A DNA stretch of 64,000 bases from Octopus sinensis (Eukaryota). Location of the stretch: positions 59,644,001-59,708,000 of the forward strand of contig NC_043009.1 of assembly GCF_006345805.1 (NCBI RefSeq), written 5' to 3'. The notes under the pieces were generated by a model. That model had not been told where the DNA came from. It saw only the letters and a program-made list of their open reading frames with translations, and did not search any database. Position numbers and translations under genes: made by a program. Positions 12,851 through 28,100 of this stretch are shown here, in pieces. Each line of letters starts with the position of its first letter. The first letter of the stretch is position 1.

Positions 12851-13712
12851 AAAAAATAAAGTTAACTTCCAATGGAAGTCAATCACAAAGGGGGAGATGT
12901 TGTGGCAAGAGTCATTGACACCCCCTGGGGGGATTGGAACAACGGGACTAGCCAAACTCTTATAAAGAGTAGAGGTTGATAATATTCGGAGAGAGCATTT
13001 TGGTAGTTTCGTGAAGTACGTTGTGTGAACACATTGGTTAAACCTCTGCCACATAATTTATCAATAACAACCTGTGGCAGGATATAAAACTTCCTCATAT
13101 TTTCCCCTCTATTCCACCACTCCGACCGAGCACAGCTAGTGCTTTTCTTTCTTCTTCTATTTCATATTCTCATAACTTGAATGAACATGTTTGAAACCAT
13201 CAAACAACAAACGTAGGGACACATGACTTGGCCTTTCATATATGGAGATGTGTGTGGACATATAACTTAGCTTTTTTTTTTTTTTTTTTGTTTTTTCATG
13301 CGGCAGGTGTCCCTGATTTTTCACCCTTCCCAAACACTTTTTTTTTTTTCTATAAATATTCATGTTCTCTTCTGGTTTTCATTATTTGAAGTCTTCCTGT
13401 AAGGAAGGAGCTGCTTTCTATACAAAGATACAAAGCTCAGTCATTGGAATGTAGATAAAATAAATAATATCACATTGTGAACTTGAGAAAAGTCTTGCAT
13501 ATTTTTGCTGTTCCGCTTACAGGTTGTATTAGTAAGGTGTGTGTTAGCTGGGTGATTTCCTTTTCTGAAAAAACCTAGCTTTTCCAGATTGTGTATGTGT
13601 GTGTGTGTGTGTGTGCACGTGCACACACATGCTTAGCAAAATGAAATTGGAATTCTTCATTTCAATGCACTTTTTTTAAAACTCGGTAACTTCAATATTA
13701 ATATCACCTACG

Positions 13713-14314
13713 AAGTCGGCAAGCTGACAGAAACGTTAGCACACCGGGCGAAAGGCTTAGCAGTATTTCATCTGCCGTTACGTTCTGAGTTCAAATTCCG
13801 CCGAGGTCAACTTTGCCTTTCATCCTTTCGGGGTCGATAAATTAAGTACCAGTTACGCACTGGGGTCGATGTAATGTAATCGTCTTATCCTTGTTGTCCT
13901 TGTTTGTCCTCTCTGTGTTTAGCCCCTTGTGGGTAGTAAAGAAAGAGGTATTTCGTCTGCCGTTACGTTCTGAGTTCAAATTCCACCGAGGTCAACTTTG
14001 CCTTTCATGCTTTCGGGGTCGATAAATTAAGTACCAGTTACACACTGGGGTCGATGTAATCGACTTAATCCGTTTGTCTGTCCTTGTTTGTCCTCTCTGT
14101 GGTTAGCCCCTTGTGGGTAGTAAAGAAAGAGGTATTTTGTCTGCTATTACGTTCTGAGTTCAAATTCCGCCGAGGTCAACTTTGCCTTTCATGCTTTCGG
14201 GGTTGATAAATTAAGTACCAGTTACACACTAGGGTTGATGTAATCGACTTAATCCCTTTGTCTGTCCTTGTTTGTCCCCTCTATGTTTAGCCCCTTGTGG
14301 GCAATAAAGAAATA
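13713..14314 (+). mobile_element. SINE family B: one head followed by three tandem bodies of about 184 nt
   Basis: Bodies restart at GTATTT 13763, 13948 and 14132; each contains gagttcaaattcc and gaggtc(g/a)actttgcctttcat...ggggt(c/t)gataaattaagtacc. Confidence 0.88.
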
Positions 14315-14775
14315 ATATTAATATTGTCCACACACACTTATCCACACCCACCCACCCACACATACAGAGAAATGTAATCACACTGCAGATTAAAAATATT
14401 TAACGCCCAATAACCAAGGAACGTTAATGAAGTATGTATATGTGTATGTAAGTGTGCATGTGTGTGTGTTTGAATGTCAACCCGAGGGGAGGGGCAGGAA
14501 AGAGAATACTCATGACATATGACAGATGATGAATATTCCATGTTGTCATAACAGTTTCAATTCTCCATCACTTCCTTGTCATGGTGTTGGTAGGTGTAGG
14601 GACACTGTTCACTGTTTCAAATTCGAGGGGTGACAGGAACTGGGCAGGGAGGTGGCGAAGGCGGGGAATGTCCCAGCGTTAGGACGAGAGCAGGGAAGGC
14701 AAAAGTTGCTTTCTCGTAATATATTCTGCAGTAATTTTTCATAATCATTAGAGAAGATTGAAAATTTTTATTTTC

Positions 14776-14932
14776 AGGCGTGGCTGTGTGGTAAGAAGTT
14801 TGCTTCCCAAGATCAGGGTTCCAGGTTCAGTTCTACCACATAGCACCTTGGGCAAATGTCTTCTGTTTTAGCTTCAGCCTAATCATAGCTTTATGAGAGG
14901 ATTTCGTAGATGGAAACTGAAATAAAATTGTG

Positions 14933-14972
<40 letters not shown>

Positions 14973-15030
14973 GTGTAGGAGTGGCTGTGTGGTAAGTAGC
15001 TTGCTTACAAACCACATGGTTCCGGGTTCA
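14776..15030 (+). mobile_element. Family A SINE heads (two partial copies); further partial copies at 19484-19635, 26445-26575, 29577-29730 and 52025-52115
   Basis: ggctgtgtggtaag...ggttc...caccttgggcaa head motif. Confidence 0.7.
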
Positions 15031-15375
15031 CTTCTTATTAAACTAATATATCTGTTTGTTGTCTACACCACCTGTCTTTGTCTTTTGTTTTTTTGCATGA
15101 ATTCTCCCTATATATATATATATACATACACATACACACATATACATATGTATGGAAACTAGTCTCAAGGCAGTGCTCCAGCATGACCAGAATCCAATGA
15201 CTGAAACAAGTAAAAGTGTGTGTATGTGTATGTATATATATATAAACTAGCGTATCCTCTCTAGCATGTATTGAGTGCTCCTTTCTCGTTTGTCCAAAAT
15301 AAAGCATCATACATAATATATATATATCTATGAAATATTTTATAACCACATTTATTTCTTTTATTTCATTTACAG

Positions 15376-15690
15376 GGACAATCCGTACAGCTCAAGTCCT
15401 CGACAGGGAAACAGTGTCCCATTACTGGCTCACTGTCTACGCTCAGGATAAAGGACTGGTCCCCCTGTACGGCCATCAGGAAGTATTAATCCGTATCAAT
15501 GACACGAACGACAATGTCCCACAGACCGAGGAACCTCTTTATAATGCATCCATTCCAGAAAACAGTGGCTCTGGCATTGGCATAATAAGAATTCAGGCGT
15601 ACGACCTCGACACTAGTCTCAAACAGAACCTAACATTTGCAATCACCGGTGGAAATTCTGATCGTTACTTCAGCATAGATTCGTTAACAG
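15376..15690 (+). CDS. FAT1: Fat-like cadherin exon 1 of window (315 nt, phase 1->1)
   Basis: tttacag|GGACAATC ... TTAACAG|gttagt; [21 protein letters not shown]...NDTNDNVPQ...FSIDSLTG. Confidence 0.95.
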
Positions 15691-16036
15691 GTTAGTGCTG
15701 CATTTTTAATTGTTTGTTTTGCTAATTGATCAATTTATTTATTGCTCGTTAAAATTTCTTTTTAGTGTGGTGGTTTTAGCAGAATCATTTAAGTGTTAAA
15801 TTAAATGCATTTCAATATTGAGTTGTGCTCCCTTATGTGGTGGGTTCAAATCCTGGAGAGTGTGAGTTTATCTGTTATCCATTCTTTGGCTGGGTTTTTA
15901 AAATAATGTACCTCTTATGTATTGAGGTAAATATGTTTGGCAGCACTTTTCTCCCCAGATTTATGTCTCAGTTTGACACAACTGGACCAGAATTTCAACT
16001 CACGCCAGCACAGAAGACTGACATTAAGTTATGAAA

Positions 16037-16098
<62 letters not shown>

Positions 16099-18507
16099 AT
16101 ATCAAAATGTATGTGTGTGTGTGTGTGGTGTGTGTGAATACATTTCTTTTTTTTGAGTATCAGCGCCACCTTGACTTATGCCAGTGCCGCCTTGACTGGC
16201 CTCTGTGCCAGTGACTCGTAAAAAGCACCAACCGAACTTGGCCATTGCCAGCCTCCCCTGGCACTTGTGCTGGTGGCACATAAAAAGCACCCACTACACT
16301 CACGGGGTGGTTGACATTAGGAAGGGCATCCAACTATAGAAAAAAACCACCTTTTATCAATTCAACAATGAAATAATTAAATTATATCATTTAGAAAAAA
16401 TTACATCTTATAGAAAATTTAAATATAAGATAAAACATATACCAATGATTAAGTAATGTGCAAAATAATAAATAAAACATATATATTTGGTAGAATATAT
16501 ATATATCTGCATGCAGATATATGTGATATGTGTGTGTATAACCCATGCCAGCATGGACAACAGACATTAGATGATGAAGATGATGATGATGATGTGTGTG
16601 TGTGTGTGTGTGTGTATAGATTTGATTAATGAGAAAGATGGAAGATACAAGAATGTCTATTGATCAAATACCCGATGAACACTGAGTAGGTGAACGTGCT
16701 TTATTGGTAAACTACCAAGTTTATATCATCCGATTTATTAACTAATATAGATACATATGTGTTTGTGAGTGTGTGTGTGTGTGTACATGTATATGTAGCC
16801 ATACATACATATATATCTATATGTGTGTGTGTGGTGCGGGGGTTACCTGCATTGTTTGAAATTAAGACATTCTATTCAATATATAGCACTTGAAGACGAG
16901 ATATACAATAAAATCACCTGTTCACATTTCCTAGGTATTCTGTCGATGATTGAGTTTATTTCAGACAACTTGTGAAACGAAATGTTCTCACTAAATTGGC
17001 AAGATGCCGAATGTAATCTTGAACTACACGCAATCAAAATGAAGAGAATATTTGATTATTAAGTTCCTGCCAGCTGAGCACAATACTTTTATAGTTCCCA
17101 CCTCTATTTTGGACCGTGACAAAGAACACAAGAGATGCTCATAATATTTTGGCTACCATCCTGGATGTCTCGGACAATTTCTATAAGGTTTGGTACAGCA
17201 TAAGGGATGCCAAAACAGCTTTATATCAGATCACGGTTGTCCGTCTGTTAGAAATCTGTGTTAGCGTTGGAAAGCGTTTTTGATGGCTGAACGAACGTTG
17301 CTCAAGTCGACTGTGACACGACGGTGTATGAGGAGAACAGGGCAATGATTTCTTAAGTGCAATGTTTGAGACAATGTGTCAAAGTAAGAAGTGGTCTTTT
17401 TCTCTTACGAAAATTGTTCTGTGCAATTCAAAGTGTCATTCAAATTTAGATTACCGCTATAAATAGAAGACTAAAAGAATTGCAATGGCCACCATCATCA
17501 TCATCATCATCATCATCATTCTTTTAACCCTTTGACATTCAGATTTCCCTGTTGTATGTAATGCTTACTCATGCTCATTGCTCTGAGTTAATTATGCAAT
17601 ATAGGCACAGGCTTGACTGTGCGGTAAGAAGCTTGCTTTCCCACAAGATGGTTCTGGGTTCAATCTCACTGTGTGGGACCATGGGCAAGTGTCTTGCTAC
17701 GAAGCAGGTGGTCAGTCAGAAAGTTTGAATTTGAAAGAGAGAGAGAACACATATAAAAAAAATGCACACGCATAATGTGTGTGTGTGTGTGTTTGAATAT
17801 ACATATAAAATACAATGTACATTTAAACACATTAAGCGGTTTCCATCATAGGAATCCTTTACACTAGAAAGAACAGCTAAAGTCCAAACCACTAATTAGG
17901 GATAAATTCTCGAAGGGAATGAAAAATAAAAACATTTACCATCTATTTCCTGGACCAATGGTTTCTGACTTATATTAGCAAATAAAATAAACTAGCAAAT
18001 TATTTTATTTGCTAAAATGTTTATATTTTTCATTCCCTAATTAGTGGTTTGGACTTTAGCTGTTCCTTCTAGCATAAGGGATTCCTATGATGGACACTTT
18101 TTAATGTGTTTAAGTGTACATTGTATTTTATATGAATAATATATAGTCTATTGACTAATTTTTCTATACGCTAGGCCACTGGTAGTAAAAATTTCTAAAA
18201 TCTTTATTACCCTATTATGAATTATATATATACCTATATAAAAAAAAAATATATATTTATTTATTTATTTATATATATTTATTTATTTATATATATATAG
18301 GTATGTGTATAATTTTGAATTGATTGGGAATTATAATTTCGCCTTGTCAGCTTCTACAAACAGTCAAGCCAATAAGGCAAAACTTGAATTGCCAGTCAAG
18401 TCAAAATTATCGATAAGACTCTACTACAAAGAGTATAGAGTCCTGCTATCAATAAACGTTTTGTTATCATTAAATACCACCAAATACTACATATACACAC
18501 ACACACG

Positions 18508-18539
<32 letters not shown>

Positions 18540-19066
18540 AAGATAGATAGATTAGATAGATAGATAAGTGTAAAATATGTATGTATATCGAATATCATTA
18601 TATATATATATATCTTATATACCCTGTATGTGTATAAAGATGTATGAAAAGGTGTGTGTGTTTGTGTGTCCCACTTACACAGGGCCACACTCACTACCTG
18701 TCAGAAGCAGTAACTCAACTCCAAACGAGGTCAACGCTGACTTTATCAATCGTCGAAATTTGCATATATCACCTCAATGACCTCTCCCAGTGACAATAAC
18801 TCAATCACCTCAATCTGTTACACTCAATGAATTTGGCTTACTCCGCCTACCTCTTGCAGTTTTTTTTATGTATTTTTTTTATGATTGTTGCTGTTGTTGT
18901 TCTGGACATTCTTAGTTGTTCACCTCTTATGAATAGGTGGATTTGCAGTGCTGTTTCCATGGTAAATTAACATTCATTTCCAATTGTATAGGATTTCATA
19001 TATATGTACTCATGTATGTATGTATGTGGATATATATATATATATATACATGTCTGTGTGTGTGTG

Positions 19067-19142
<76 letters not shown>

Positions 19143-19632
19143 GTGGAGGTGCAATGGCCCAGTGGTTAGGGCAGCGGACTCGCGGTCGGAGGATCGTGGT
19201 TTCGATTCCCAGACCGGGCGTCATGTGTGTTTATTGAGTGAAAACACCCAAAACTCCACGAGGCTCCGGCAAGGGGTGGTGGCGACCCCTGTTGTACTCT
19301 TTCGCACCAATTTTCTCTCACTCTCTCTTCCTGCTTCTTGAGTAACGCTGCTATGGACTGCCGTCCCGTCCAGCTGGGGGGAACACATATGCCACAGAAA
19401 CTGGGAGACTGGGCCCATGAGCCTGGCTAGGCTTGAAAAGGGCGCATAAATAATAATAATAATATATATATATAGGTGCAGGCATGGCTGTGTGGTAAGA
19501 AGTTAGCTTCTCAACCACAAGGTTCTGAGTTCAGTCCCACTGTGTAGCACCTTGAGCAGGTGTCATCTGCTATAGCCTCAAGTCAACCTAAACCTTGTGA
19601 GTGGATTTGGTACAGAAACTGAAAGATGCTTG

Positions 19633-19682
<50 letters not shown>

Positions 19683-20766
19683 TAATATACATCATCATCA
19701 TCATTGTTTAATGTCTGCTTTCCATGCTAGCATGGGTTGGATGATTTGACTGAGGACTGGTGAACCTGCACCAGGCTCCAATCTTGATATGGCAGAGTTT
19801 GTACAGCTGGATGCCCTTCCTAACGCCAACCACTCCGAGAGTGTAGTGGGTGCTTTTACCCGTCACGAGGGCCAGTCAGGTGGTACTGGCATCGGCCACA
19901 AAAAATCATGTTTTTTTTTTTTTTTTTTTACATGTCACCTGCACACCAGCACTAGTGCCAGTAAGGTGACGCTGGTAACGATCACACTCAAATGGTGCGT
20001 TTTACATGCCCCCAGTGCAAACGCAGGTTAGCTGCTCTGGCAATGATCATGCTCAGATGGTGCTCTTAGCACTCCACTAGCACGGATGCCAGTCATCGAA
20101 TTTGATTTTGATTTCAATTTCATTTGCCTCAACAGATCTTCACAAGCAGTGTCCAATGAAGGGAAGGTACGCATATGTAGGCTGGTTACACCCCTGGCAT
20201 AGGCCACAAGGTTATGGTCTCACTGGCGCTTGCTGAGTCTTCTCAAGCACAGCATATTTCCAAAAGTCTCGGTCACTGGTCATATATATATGAATGTGTG
20301 TGTGTGTGTGTGCATGTATATTATTATATATATATAGGAGTGGCTGTGTGGTAAGTAGCTTGCTAACCAACCACGTGGTTCCAGGTTCAGTCCCACTGCA
20401 TTGCACCTTGGGCAAGTGTCTTCTACTATAGCCTCGGGCCGACCAAAGCCTTGTGAGTGGATTTGGTAGACGGAAACTGAAAGAAGTTCGTCGTATATAT
20501 GTATATATATGTGTGTGTGTGTGTGTGTATGTTTGTGTGTCTGTATTTGTCCCCCTAGCATTGCTTGACAACCGATGCTAGTGTGTTACGTCCCCGTCAC
20601 TTAGCGGTTCGGCAAAAGGGACTGATAGAATAAGTACTGGGCTTACAAAGAATAAGACCGGGGTCGAGTTGCCCGATTAAAGGTGGTGCTCAGCATGGTC
20701 ACAGTCAAATGACTGAAACAAATAAAAGAGTAAAAGAGAAAGAGTAAAGAGTATATATATATATTT

Positions 20767-20819
<53 letters not shown>

Positions 20820-21217
20820 TGATGGCATGTGGCTTAGGGGTTAGGGCATTTGGCTCAGGATCGTAAGTCAAGACAATCACAATCACATCAGCAAAATCTT
20901 AAAGCTTTGAGATAATACAAAACCAATTCAAAACGATGCGGAGAAATAATCATTACATTTGACAGAAGGAACCAAAAGCTAAAGAGTTAAACTGGCAGAA
21001 ACTCCCTGCCACCTACCCACCCAATATTTCCATGCCTTTTTCTTTTCAGCATCCAGTGAGGCTAAGTGCACTACTAGCATTATTTTTATGTGCATCTTTT
21101 ACTGCACACTGACATTTGTCTTTGGGATACACAGCCACTTTAGACTATATAATTCAATAATTGGCAGTTCCGTTGATGGTGCAATTGACAAACTTATAAT
21201 ATGCGAATTACACACAT

Positions 21218-21269
<52 letters not shown>

Positions 21270-21531
21270 CACATATATATTTGCATACAAGAATTTGTGT
21301 ATGTTAGTGTGTGTGTATACACATATGCATTTGAATGTATATATATATATATATAGGTATATAGATAGATACATATATACATTCATAAATACATACATAC
21401 ATAGAGAGATACATAGATAGATAGATGACACAGACAGACAGACAGACAGGTAGAAAGATAGATAGAAAGATAGATAGATAGAAAGATAGATAGATAGACA
21501 GATAGATAGTTAGATAGATAGATAGACAGGC

Positions 21532-21594
<63 letters not shown>

Positions 21595-21623
21595 CAGGCA
21601 GACAGACAGACAGACAGACAGAC

Positions 21624-21690
<67 letters not shown>

Positions 21691-22165
21691 AGATAGATGG
21701 GTATATACACATGTGTAATATGTGTATGTATGTGTGTATATATACACACACATGCACACACACATACATATACATTCTATATTTTATGGATTTGAGTCAT
21801 TGGACAGCAGCCAGCTGGTGATCCACTTTTTGGAGTACAGTATGATCAATTGCTTAACATAAAATGGATCTGGGCAGGACATAGCAAAATACCACAAGGC
21901 AGTGAGTGGGCGTGTGCACGCATGTGTGAGTGCATTATCATTTCTGTAATATATCTGCTGTTTAAAACACATTGTGTTTAGGACACACACACACCACACA
22001 CACACACACATACTCATAACATTTTTAGATGGAAGTGTGTATGTCTCTATGTGTATGTACATGTTTGTGTGTATATATGTGTATGTGTGTGTGTATGTCT
22101 GTATATGTATATATATCTATATATACATGTATATTGTGCATATATATATGTGTATATTTATATAC

Positions 22166-22216
<51 letters not shown>

Positions 22217-22232
22217 CACACAAATAATTGTG

Positions 22233-22281
<49 letters not shown>

Positions 22282-23144
22282 TCAAAATGACTCTTAAGTG
22301 ATTCTGTATTAGGTTTTTTTCTGTTATTTTATTGCCATATATTTTTCATGCCAACCATATTTTTTCTTTATGCTATTACATCCTAAATGGCAAAGACATT
22401 TCTATCTTTCTAAGCATTAACCTAATACATTAACTTTTATCTTTCCTGTTGTTATTTTACATTCACACACACACACACACAAATGTACACACACATGTAC
22501 ACGCACACACATGTGTGAATGCGTATATGGTATTGAAAAAATCTTTTAAACTGTATCATATGAAGTTGCCTTACATTTTCATGCTTTTAAATTTTGCTAA
22601 TAAAGCAATTTACAGCATGTTCTAGTTAAGCAGAGCCCCCCATTATTCAATCTTGTCTTATCTTTCAGGTCAAATCTTCACTGCAAGCCGCAAACTGAAC
22701 CGCGAATCAAAAGAAGAGCATATACTGACGGTGAGAATTGAACTAGGATACTCCCGGTTTCTTTTGTGTTGTTACAGATGCCGCTTTTGTGTTTTTGTAC
22801 GTTTGTGTCATTGTTTAGCCTCTCTCAGTCCTGATCCTACACCCATGAAGATGTTTCTTGGCCACGAGTATCCCAAAAATTTTTCAGGCCAAAGTGTCTG
22901 CTTGAAGAACATCAATGATTATGAATTGGCTGTTATTTCTAACAGTTCATCTGACCACATAGGGGCTTTGTTGTTGGCTCAAAGTATACATACATACATA
23001 CGTACAGAGGTTTATCATTTAAATATATATGAGCATGTCTAGATAATGCAACTATATGCATGAGAATATATACATAAAGCAAAACATACAAATCTGCACA
23101 CATACATACATACATACATAGATACACACACACACACACACACA

Positions 23145-23175
<31 letters not shown>

Positions 23176-23313
23176 AACAAACAAACATACCCTGTTGCTG
23201 ATGTTGAAATTCCAATGAAGGAGCCTTGAATCTAGGTTAGAAACCAGCTCTTTCTCTGTTGCCAAGAAATCTTGAACTAAAACTGAATAACATGCATACA
23301 TACATAGTGACAT

Positions 23314-23352
<39 letters not shown>

Positions 23353-23756
23353 GGAGGTGCAATGGCCCAGTGGTTAGGGCAGCGGACTCGCGGTTGTAGG
23401 ATCGTGGCTTCAATTCCCAGACCGGGTGTTGTGAGTGTTTATTGAACGAAAACACCAAAAGTTCCACGAGGCTCCGGCAGGGGGTGGTGGTGATCCCTGC
23501 TGTACTCTTTCGCCGCAACTTTCTCCTACTCTTTCTTCTGTTGGCCTGCTCGCTTAGCCAGCGAGGTGGCGTCATTTGAAGGCTAAAACAATGCGAAGCG
23601 CATTGTGACCAGCGATGTGTAGCAACATCTGATAGCCTGGTCGATCACGGTGATATATATATTATCCATGCAACAGCACATGCTTTTCTCCAAACTATTT
23701 GCATGGAAGGCTGACGTGGAACAATGATCATCATCATCATGTTTGTGAGAGAGAGA

Positions 23757-23789
<33 letters not shown>

Positions 23790-24578
23790 GTATTGTCCCT
23801 TTGATCCCCTGGTCGACAGTTTGCTTATTATTATTATTATTACTATTATTATTACTATTTTCAGCTTCGCCTCGTATTGCATATTATTTCTCCATACAGG
23901 GGTTTTTTTCAATGGCGGCCCATTTTCGCGGGGTTCTACTGTTCTTCTCTATCTATCTCTCTCTCTCCCTTTCTCACGTTGTCTGCCATTCCCCCCCTCC
24001 ATTGCTAAGAGCATTTCTAAGCCAGCCCGTCAGTTCAACCTCGTATATTCCCGGTGCACCCGCCTTGCCCACCCCCACCACCAATACCGGATATCTCTAT
24101 ATTTTTGCTCCATCTATACCGGATGTCGCTTCTCCCACCACCATTATAGGTGTCTACTCTTCGAACCCCCCTCTTCAATACGCTATTTCACCATGCATTA
24201 CCCCTCTCTTGATATCCTACGTTCTACTTGCCTAGAACCTGTCATCATTTCTCTGAACCACTCCTCCCCACTGGTGCTCCCCTATATAGAGTGGTTGGCG
24301 TTAGGAAGGGCATCCAGCTGTAGAAACACTGCCAGACTAGACTGGAGCCTGGGGCAGTCCCGAGCTCCCCAGACCCCGGTCGAAACCGTCCAACCCGTGC
24401 TAGCGCGGAAAACGGACGTTAAACGATGATGATGATGATAGACACATGTACATATGGCTGTGCTATGTACATTCAAACATAGGCATGCATTTAAACATGT
24501 TTAAGCATGTATGAATGCATACATGATAGGGGTTTATGAATGTGCAGGCATACACATCTGTAGATTCAAGCATGTATG

Positions 24579-24660
<82 letters not shown>

Positions 24661-25018
24661 AATGTATGTGCATAAGCATGTATAGGCTTGTGCATTTATA
24701 TATAGTTTACTTTTATTCAAATGCACACATACAAATACATAATACGCGTATGTAAGCTGTAAACTGTTGTGGACCATGTGATCGTAGTGCCTGGCTATGA
24801 TACAAAAGGTCACTGGTTCAATATTCGCCTCCCCCTCCATCACTATCACTGCTCTGTATCCATGGATACAGCAATTGATCTCTTTGTCTTTGTGGATATG
24901 TTCCATAAGGGAAAACTGCGAAGTGTTTCGCACAATAGATGCAAACAAGACATGTATAATGTATGAATGTGTGTGTGTTTATGTATCTGTGTTTGTTTGT
25001 GTATAAATATGTGTGTTT

Positions 25019-25049
<31 letters not shown>

Positions 25050-25152
25050 GTTAAAGTAATCACCAAAAAGAAATTTATCAATAGATGCAGTTCTTTATTG
25101 TGATTATTTCAATGATTCTATTTTTAAAAAATACTTTTTTTTTATTTTTATT

Positions 25153-25188
<36 letters not shown>

Positions 25189-28100
25189 CTATTTTGTAAA
25201 ACCATGTCTCTGGATGAAAATATTTCAAAATCTGTGTTTGAAGAAATGGCTTTATAAGAAAATATAATTTTTTTTTTTTTCACTTTATAAGCAAATAATT
25301 ATTTGAGATCAAAATCATCGTCGTTGTCGTCATCATTACCATCACCATCATCATCATCATCATGATTGTGTGCAGATATCTGTTTCTCTATATGCACACA
25401 CTCACATACCCACGCTCACATGCACACACAAGCACACACAAACACATACACATGCTGACATGCATGCCAACACACATGCATACACATGCATAAACAGGTA
25501 CACACAGACATTCACAAAAGTATAAGTGCAAAGACGCACATCGATGACACATACACACTTATATACATCAACTGACACACATACACACACAAACACACAC
25601 ATACTCACACATACACACACAAACTCATACATACCACACATACACATACTTACACATACTCACACATACACGCACATACACACACAAACACACACATACA
25701 CACGCATACTCACACATACACACAAACACATATATACCACACATACACATACTCACACATACACACACAAACACACACATACTCCCACATACACACACAA
25801 ACTCATACATACCACACATACACATACTCACACACACACATACATACCACACACACACATACTCACACATACACACACAAACACACACATACACACACAA
25901 ACACACACAACCACTTACATACCACACATACACACACATACTCACACATACTCACACATACACACACACACACATTCCTGTCATTGTTATTTATTTGTAT
26001 AATTCTTGACCAGGTCACAGTGAAAGACAACGGGGTCCCCAACTTGAGCTCATCAACCCAAGTCATCGTTCACATTGAAGACGAGAATGACCATGCCCCA
26101 GAATTTATCAACAGCCCTTACCGTCTTCAGGTGCCTGCTTCTCCAAAGGGTACCAAACTGTTCCGTGTGATGGCCAAAGACATCGATGTGGGCAACAATG
26201 CAGAAATCACTTACTCCATAAAGAAGCGGAAAGTACAACGCTTCATGATTGACCCAACAACTGGTATAATTTCATGTCAGGAAGACCTCATAGCTGGATC
26301 CAATTTTGAATTTATTGTGAGTTTTTTTGTTTTTTTTTATCTTTTATTATCATCTTCATCATCATCATTTAACATCTGTTTCCCATGCTGACATGGGTCG
26401 GATGATTTGATAGTTTTAGGCATTTTTTTTTTTTAATATTTTTCCCAACCACATGGTTCCAGATTCAGTATCACAACGTGAAACCTCAGACAAGTGTCTT
26501 CCACTATGTCCTTGGGGCTGACCAAACCCTTGTGAGGGATTTGATAGAGGGAAACTGAAAGAAGATCAACATATGTATGTGTGTATATATACATACGAGG
26601 GTGAGTCAAAAAGTAATGCCATTTTGTTTAGGACAGATATAATTACCAACACAGGAACATCTATCGTACATCAAAATGAAGCTGGTCCTCTGTCGATCAC
26701 ATCCCTACTTCTCAACATAATCACCGTTTCTCTCAATAGCAATGTTTCACCTTTGAATGAGAGCATGTATCCCTCCCCAGTAAAGTTAGCCAGCTGGAGA
26801 GCTGCCTGGGTTACATTTATTTGTCTGTTTTGGCATGGTTTCTATGACTGGATGCCCTTCCTAATGCCAACCACCTTACAGAGTGTACTGGGTGCTTTAC
26901 TTCTGGCACTGGCACAGGTGCTGTAATGCAGCACCAGCACCTGTGAATTCACAAGACTAAGCCCTCTCAGCTAAGAGAGGGACATAGTGAACATGCCTAT
27001 ATACATGGACAGCCATGCTCAGTGTGTCTTCTCAAGCATGGAAAACCACCAGAAGTCTTGTTCAGGACAGAAGGGGCTGTATGTTTGAAGTGGCACCAGC
27101 ACCTTATGAGCTTGCATGACTAGGATCTTTCAGCTAAGTGAAAGAAGTAGGGGACATGCTTATATACAAAGACAGCCATGATCAGCATGTCTTCTCAAGT
27201 ATAGAAAAACCACCAGAAGTTTTGGTCAGGACAGAAGGAGTTGTGTTTTTGAAATAACTCTTAACCCATTTGCATTTAAACTGGCTATGTCCAGTCCAGC
27301 TATTCTACCCATTTTATGTTTGTATGGCCAGATCTGCCCTCTCACACCTACTCTACAATTATCATTCTAAAAGTAAATAAATCGCATCATCAAAATCTCA
27401 AAGGTACAAGATAATGTATGTTTAATTAACAGCATAATGAATGATTAATTCAAAGCAATGTTAATAAGCATATTGTTTGACAGAATACTTTGACTGCTCA
27501 TTTTTTGTTGTTTTTGTTATTTGTGTTTTACAAAAGAGTCCTGAATGCCAGAGGGTAGAGTGTGTAGTGTGTAATTCCTTAGTCTTCACAATTATAGTCA
27601 GTATACCATCCAGAACCTTGGGTTTCCTGCTAGTTGAGTAAGTCTATTGACATTTTGCAGTTAGCTTGTTAAAAAATATCAATGAGCAACAGAGGCAGTA
27701 ATAGTAATGAGAGGTACTGTAAATCCTCAAGTATAGTCCGCCCTTGAGTATAATACGCAGGGGACTTTTAGGGGACTGTACCTCTGAAAAACCTAAACCA
27801 TGTGTATAATATGCACCCTTTCTCTAACTTGAGTCAAGGAGGTCTATATAACGTCCTTGGTTTGTAAAACTGTATATGGTGATGTCCTTTATTATCATTG
27901 TATATATAACATAATGCATTTTGTTTGCAGAAAATAAAGAAATAACATTAATAATGTTTAATAAATGTTGCTTACTGCAAGTTATCGATGATTCTTTTAT
28001 GACTTCATTGCTTTCAGGCTTAGCTTAAGGTATTTTCGCACCCGACATCACAAAATTCGTCTGAATAAACATTGTCAGACAGCAAATAGAGACTCGGACA

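Noticed and set aside
16890-17420. Possible decayed DNA-transposon ORF
   Set aside because: There is only vague resemblance to transposase N-termini, with no TIR pair or catalytic motif visible.
26014-26020. Alternative acceptor cacag at 26020 (and tandem CAGs at 38838 and 38841)
   Set aside because: These would break the phase with the preceding exons; only 26014 and 38828 keep the frame.
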